A DNA stretch of 32,000 bases from Synechococcus sp. A15-24. Its GTDB lineage: Bacteria > Cyanobacteriota > Cyanobacteriia > PCC-6307 > Cyanobiaceae. Position numbers and translations under genes: made by a program. The DNA is taken from contig NZ_CP047960.1 of the NCBI RefSeq assembly GCF_014280195.1, positions 780,001-812,000 on the forward strand. The letters are read 5' to 3'. Shown here one piece after another: positions 28,217-32,000 of the stretch (its first letter is position 1; each line of letters opens with the position of its first letter). The notes below the pieces were generated by a model. That model made no database searches. It had not been told where the DNA came from and saw nothing but the letters and a program-made list of their open reading frames with translations.

Positions 28217-28235
28217 GGGTTCAGCCTATGAACCC
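28217..28235. promoter_or_regulatory. Inverted repeat GGGTTCA-N5-TGAACCC directly abutting the start codon of the GpsA-like gene, within the 56-bp divergent spacer shared with the GST gene
   Basis: Read directly: 28217-28223 GGGTTCA, 28224-28228 GCCTA, 28229-28235 TGAACCC. The ATG of the minus-strand gene is the complement of 28214-28216. Confidence 0.4.
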
Positions 28236-28272
28236 GCTGTTGAGGAGACTGAGTCCAAGCAGCTGCTGGGCC

Positions 28273-28857
28273 ATGAGCCTCACTTTGTATGGCGGTCCAA
28301 AAACGCGAGCCTCGATGCCGCGTTGGTACCTCGAGGAAAAGGGGATTGCCTATGAGCTCAAGGAGCTGGATCTGCGGGGAAACCAGCACCGACAGCCCGA
28401 CTACCTGGCGATCAATCCGTTCGGAAAGTTGCCGGCTCTGGTGGACACGTCCCAGCAGGGAATGGACGGTCAACCGCTGAAATTGTTTGAGTCCGGGGCC
28501 ATCTTGCTGCATCTGGCGGAGCACCATGCCGGCGAGATCACATCAGCCTCGCAACGCTCGCTGATCGCGCAGTGGCTGTTGTTTGCCAACGCGACTCTGG
28601 CCATCGCTCTGTTTGTTCCCAGCAACCGTGAGCGGGAGTTCCCGAGGTTGATGGAGGAATTGAACCGCCAGCTCGCGCCTGGTCGGCCCCTGGTGGGGGA
28701 TCAGTGGGGGGCAGCTGACTGTGCCATCACGGCGTATCTCGCCTACCTACCGATCTTCTTCCCCCAGGAGGATCTTTCCCCCTATCCGGCCATTCAAAGC
28801 CTGATCACCAGCACGCAGCAGCGACCGGCCTACCGAAAGGTGATGGGCATGGCTTGA
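28273..28857 (+). CDS. Glutathione S-transferase family protein
   Basis: Track ORF 28228-28857 trimmed to the ATG at 28273 (MSLTLYGGPKTRASMPRWYLEEKGIAYELKELDL...INPFGKLPALVD...LFESGAILLHLAE). It has the thioredoxin-like GST N-domain motifs plus a helical C-domain. Confidence 0.85.
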   Translation: MSLTLYGGPKTRASMPRWYLEEKGIAYELKELDLRGNQHRQPDYLAINPFGKLPALVDTSQQGMDGQPLKLFESGAILLHLAEHHAGEITSASQRSLIAQWLLFANATLAIALFVPSNREREFPRLMEELNRQLAPGRPLVGDQWGAADCAITAYLAYLPIFFPQEDLSPYPAIQSLITSTQQRPAYRKVMGMA

Positions 28858-28893
28858 GCAAACGCGGTGTAATGCGGAAAAGGTTCCGTTGTG

Positions 28894-29367
28894 ATGCCGT
28901 CGTCCCGTCAGGAGTTGCTGCTCGCTTATCGCTGGCCGATCGCCCTGGTGGGGTCCAGCCCGATCCTTGGCGGGGCTGTTCTCGTTCTGGCGCAAACGGC
29001 AGTGCGACTGTTGAGCCGACCGATTCCGCTTGCGATCGAAGGCGGTCTGCAGGTGGACAAGCTGGTGCTGCCGCCGACGGTGAACATCAGCAGCTCAACT
29101 CCGCTACCGGTTGTGGTGAATGACTCGGTGTCCGTCGCCAACAAGCACCCTCTGACAATCAGAGGTCCGCTGACAGTCAAGGCGCTTCAGGGAACGGTGC
29201 TCGTGAAGGGGGATGTGCAGGCAAAAGCTCAGGTGTCCTCGATCGATACGCCAGTGACCGTTCAGGGCGAGGTGTCTGTTCAGGACAAGGTCACCATCGA
29301 TGGCAAGGTGCATGTGGATGGAAATGTGGGCGCCAAAGTGAAGCGAGCGATTCGGCCCCTCAAGTGA
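28894..29367 (+). CDS. Hypothetical membrane-anchored protein with a V/T/K/Q/D-rich beta-strand repeat region (bactofilin-like flavour)
   Basis: 157 aa from ATG 28894 (GTG 28891 precedes it), with good GC3. It has one N-terminal hydrophobic segment (WPIALVGSSPILGGAVLVLAQTAV). The repeat region is then ...TIRGPLTVKALQGTVLVKGDVQAKAQVSSIDTPVTVQGEVSVQDKVTIDGKVHVDGNVGAKV. It begins 36 nt after the GST stop. Confidence 0.65.
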   Translation: MPSSRQELLLAYRWPIALVGSSPILGGAVLVLAQTAVRLLSRPIPLAIEGGLQVDKLVLPPTVNISSSTPLPVVVNDSVSVANKHPLTIRGPLTVKALQGTVLVKGDVQAKAQVSSIDTPVTVQGEVSVQDKVTIDGKVHVDGNVGAKVKRAIRPLK

Positions 29368-29372
29368 GGACC

Positions 29373-30740
29373 TCACCGACCGTCAGGCAGAGGCATCCTT
29401 CTCAATGACTTCGGTTGATTGCGCGGGGCCTGGCCATCACCGGCGAACAGGCCACGTTCCCAGCGCTTGGTCTGCCTCAACCCCAGGGCTCCGGCAGCAC
29501 TGACTATCAGACCGATGCTGATGAGCCCCCAGCCCCCATTGATGCCGATGAGGATGGCTCCAGCCCACAACAAACCCCAGCAGACCGGTTGAGCCCGACG
29601 GATCCAGATCAGTGCGGTTGAGCAGCTGCGGCAATGGATGGTGTGGGAGACGTAGCGATCCATCAACGCCGTTGTCGGCTGACGGTCCGGTAGAGGCTGG
29701 CCTGCAAACGGCTCGCCTCCGTTGTGGTTAAGCCAGCGATGCAACGCTGCCACGTAGACGTCTGCCGCCGTTGGCAGAAAAAAGGCCCGCTCAGCCGCTG
29801 CACTGCCACCGGCGGCTTCCAGGGTGCGTTCCTGCCAGTGAAGGAAGACCTGATCGTCTTCCAGCACCTTGTGGTTGCCGATGTGCTGCAGCCAGCGTGG
29901 TCGCAGGCCGATCAGTAGCCGCGGCAGGGCTGACTGGAACTGGAACGGGAAGCGTGCAAACAGGCGGCATTCGCCGCGACGGATCGGCACCGCATAAACC
30001 ACGGTGAGAATGCGACCGAAACCCTTGGCGGTGAGGTCGTGCCACATCAGCTGTGGTGCCAGGAAAGTGGTGGACTGGGCGCCGAGCTTGCCCCGCCGTG
30101 GTCCCTCCTCCCAATAGGCCTTGAAGCCGCTTGCGTTTTCTGCAGTGATCGTGGCTTCCACCGGGGCTGCGTTCTCCCGCTTGCCCACGGTTTTGTGGTG
30201 TGTGAACGGCACGTGGCTCACATCCAGCACGTTCTCCAGGAGGGTGACGGCGTCCATGGGCAGGTCGCGAAACGTGTCCTGAATCGTCCAGCTGTCGGGG
30301 TTCTCCTCCAATGCCGGCACCAGCGGCAGCTGCTGGGAATCTGCGCTGTCCGGGGAGCCCATCCACACAAACAGCAGCCCCTGAGCGCTGGCGGTCGGCA
30401 GGCTGGCGCAACGGGATCGTCGGCTGTCCGGTTGGGTGTTCTCCAGGGCCTGGGGGATCTGCCGGCACTGGCCATCACCGTCGAAACTCCAGCCGTGATA
30501 AGGGCATTCGAGCTGGCCTGCGTCGTTGATGCGCCCCTCACTCAGGGGGACGAGCCGATGGGGGCAAACGTCTGGGAAAACGCGCCAGGATTCACCTGAC
30601 TGGTCCCACCAGATGACCAGATCGCGCTCCAGCAGCGTGAAGCGATTGGGGCGCTGGTGATCGAGATCCTGCAGGTAGCTGATCGGCCACCACTGTTCTG
30701 TCCAGGTGGGATGCATCGGCTGGCCGAACAATGGGGTCAT
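29373..30740 (-). CDS. Rieske [2Fe-2S] oxygenase of the PAO/Tic55-like family, with a C-terminal membrane anchor
   Basis: 455 aa with the Rieske motif CPHRLVPLSEG...CPYHGWSF, a mononuclear-iron region (NVLDVSHVPFTHHKTVG), a C-terminal CxxC (HCRSCSTAL) and TM helices. An alternative start is M9 at 30716. Confidence 0.85.
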   Translation of the reverse strand: MTPLFGQPMHPTWTEQWWPISYLQDLDHQRPNRFTLLERDLVIWWDQSGESWRVFPDVCPHRLVPLSEGRINDAGQLECPYHGWSFDGDGQCRQIPQALENTQPDSRRSRCASLPTASAQGLLFVWMGSPDSADSQQLPLVPALEENPDSWTIQDTFRDLPMDAVTLLENVLDVSHVPFTHHKTVGKRENAAPVEATITAENASGFKAYWEEGPRRGKLGAQSTTFLAPQLMWHDLTAKGFGRILTVVYAVPIRRGECRLFARFPFQFQSALPRLLIGLRPRWLQHIGNHKVLEDDQVFLHWQERTLEAAGGSAAAERAFFLPTAADVYVAALHRWLNHNGGEPFAGQPLPDRQPTTALMDRYVSHTIHCRSCSTALIWIRRAQPVCWGLLWAGAILIGINGGWGLISIGLIVSAAGALGLRQTKRWERGLFAGDGQAPRNQPKSLRRMPLPDGR

Positions 30741-30772
30741 GATCGCCAGGTTTGTTCGTCGCCGCGTCCGTC

Positions 30773-32000
30773 ATGCCGCGCCTTGCACCGGATCAGCTTC
30801 TTGAGGAACTCACGCCGGTCGATGACCTGTTGATCGTCCAGGACCTCGACGGTGTCTGCATGCAGCTGGTGAAGGATTCCCTCACCCGCCGCATGGATCC
30901 TGGCTACGTGAATGCCGCGGCGGACCTGCGGGGGAGCTTTGTGGTGCTCACCAACGGCGAGCACGAGGGACGGCGCGGGGTGAACCGGCTGGTGGAAGCC
31001 GCGTTGGGGAATCAGGTCAAGCCGGAACAGTCGGGTCTATACTTGCCAGGTCTGGCCGCTGGTGGCGTTCAGCTTCAGGATCGTTTCGGTCATCTCAGTC
31101 ACCCAGGGGTGAGTGATGCGGAAATGTCGTTTCTGGCCGCGGCGCCCCTGCGGATGGATCAGCTTCTGCTGGAGCGGATGCCGGAGGAACTGCCGGAGGT
31201 GTCTTCGGAGCAGTTGAAGGTGCTGGCGCAGCAGGCCGTGCTCGATACCCAGGTGTCCCCCACCATCAACCTCAACGGTGTATTCGCTCTGGTGCCAGGG
31301 GATGTGTCCCGTCAGAGGCGTCTTCAGCAGATGCTGGCCGAGCTGATGGACCAGTTGCTGCAGGAGGCCAGTGCTGCAGGACTGGAGGGATCATTCTTTC
31401 TGCATGTCGCCCCCAACCTGGGACGCGATGCCGATGGCCGCGAACGGGCTAAGCCCGCTGCCGCTGGAGACGTCGGAACAACCGACATCCAGTTCATGTT
31501 GACGGGGTCGCTCAAGGAGGCAGGCCTGCTGGTGCTGATCAATCAACACATTGCCCGCCGCCATGGGATCTTCCCCCTGGGGGAAGATTTCAACGTGCGC
31601 ACAGCTCCTCGAGACCATCAAGCCCTGTTGCAGTTGGCCGAGGAACGGTTGCCGATGGAGCGGATGCCGCGTCTTGTGGGGGTGGGCGACACGGTGACGT
31701 CCACGCAGGCCGCAGACGGGCAACGCTGGCTCCGTGGCGGAAGCGATCGCGGCTTTCTCACCCTGCTGAAGGATCTGGGGGCCTGCAGCCATCAACCCAA
31801 TCGCGTGATCCTGGTGGACAGCAGCCATGGCGAGGTGGATCGTCCGAGCCTTGCCGATGGTCGTTTGCTGGGCATCAGTGATCCGGAGGATCCGCTGGAG
31901 TTGGATGTGCTGATGCCCGGGGGCCCGGCGGACTACATCAGCTGGTTTCAGACCCTGGCGCAGCGTCGACGGGCTTGCGGTCATGCCATTCCCGAGACGG
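30773..32000 (+). CDS. stpA: Glucosylglycerol-3-phosphate phosphatase (StpA/GgpP); 3' end beyond the window
   Basis: Absent from the track because there is no in-window stop. My translation from the ATG at 30773 is open to the window end. It reads MPRLAPDQLLEELTPVDDLLIVQDLDGVCMQLVKDSLTRRMDPGYV...VLTNGEHEGRRGV...SGLYLPGLAAGGVQLQDRFGHLSHPGV...GTTDIQFML...LVGVGDTVTS...RGGSDRGFLTLLKDLG. This closely tracks the Synechocystis StpA sequence as I remember it. Confidence 0.85.
   Translation, partial: MPRLAPDQLLEELTPVDDLLIVQDLDGVCMQLVKDSLTRRMDPGYVNAAADLRGSFVVLTNGEHEGRRGVNRLVEAALGNQVKPEQSGLYLPGLAAGGVQLQDRFGHLSHPGVSDAEMSFLAAAPLRMDQLLLERMPEELPEVSSEQLKVLAQQAVLDTQVSPTINLNGVFALVPGDVSRQRRLQQMLAELMDQLLQEASAAGLEGSFFLHVAPNLGRDADGRERAKPAAAGDVGTTDIQFMLTGSLKEAGLLVLINQHIARRHGIFPLGEDFNVRTAPRDHQALLQLAEERLPMERMPRLVGVGDTVTSTQAADGQRWLRGGSDRGFLTLLKDLGACSHQPNRVILVDSSHGEVDRPSLADGRLLGISDPEDPLELDVLMPGGPADYISWFQTLAQRRRACGHAIPET

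Noticed and set aside
30737-30964. 75-aa minus-strand ORF overlapping the 5' end of stpA
   Set aside because: The + frame is the well-matched StpA N-terminus, including the DLDGVCM phosphatase motif. The minus product has no features and would overlap the Rieske gene's start.

Overview
High-GC (~60%), gene-dense window. The gene content is carB, rsfS, a CGLD27/DUF1230 protein, long-form CbiX, a PAO-type Rieske oxygenase, glucosylglycerol-phosphate phosphatase, an AapJ/NatF-type amino-acid ABC operon and metY-metA. This points to the chromosome of a marine Synechococcus-type picocyanobacterium; that is inferred from protein families recognised by eye, and no search was run. I call 33 protein-coding genes. 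Two are cut by the window edges and so are missing from the ORF track: an AGCS symporter at 1-1097(-) and stpA at 30773-32000(+). I also call one initiator tRNA-Met with a textbook intrinsic terminator, plus a few palindromes and hairpins. Several track ORFs were trimmed to internal starts that remove overlaps with neighbouring genes. Many long antisense ORFs, typical of high-GC DNA, were rejected. I see no transposase, integrase, CRISPR array, rRNA, prophage or recognisable defence gene. Most of the window is ordinary core genome, and I cannot point to a clear-cut novel system. Seven items deserve a second look. (1) A tightly packed minus-strand cluster at 23950-28216: a GpsA-like protein with a degenerate dinucleotide motif, a sugar-1-kinase-like APH-fold kinase, a DOMON-like protein and a lytic transglycosylase. 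(2) A perfect 24-bp palindrome upstream of the amino-acid symporter. (3) Two ~390-bp non-coding spacers, unusually long for this genome; one is AT-rich and lies between two converging 3' ends. (4) A membrane-anchored, bactofilin-like small protein. (5) A translationally overlapping pair of small unknown genes. (6) A divergent pair of alkB and a single-module phage/homing-endonuclease-type small ORF. (7) A 7+7 inverted repeat abutting the start codon of the GpsA-like gene. All family names come from motif recognition and memory and need HMM or BLAST confirmation.
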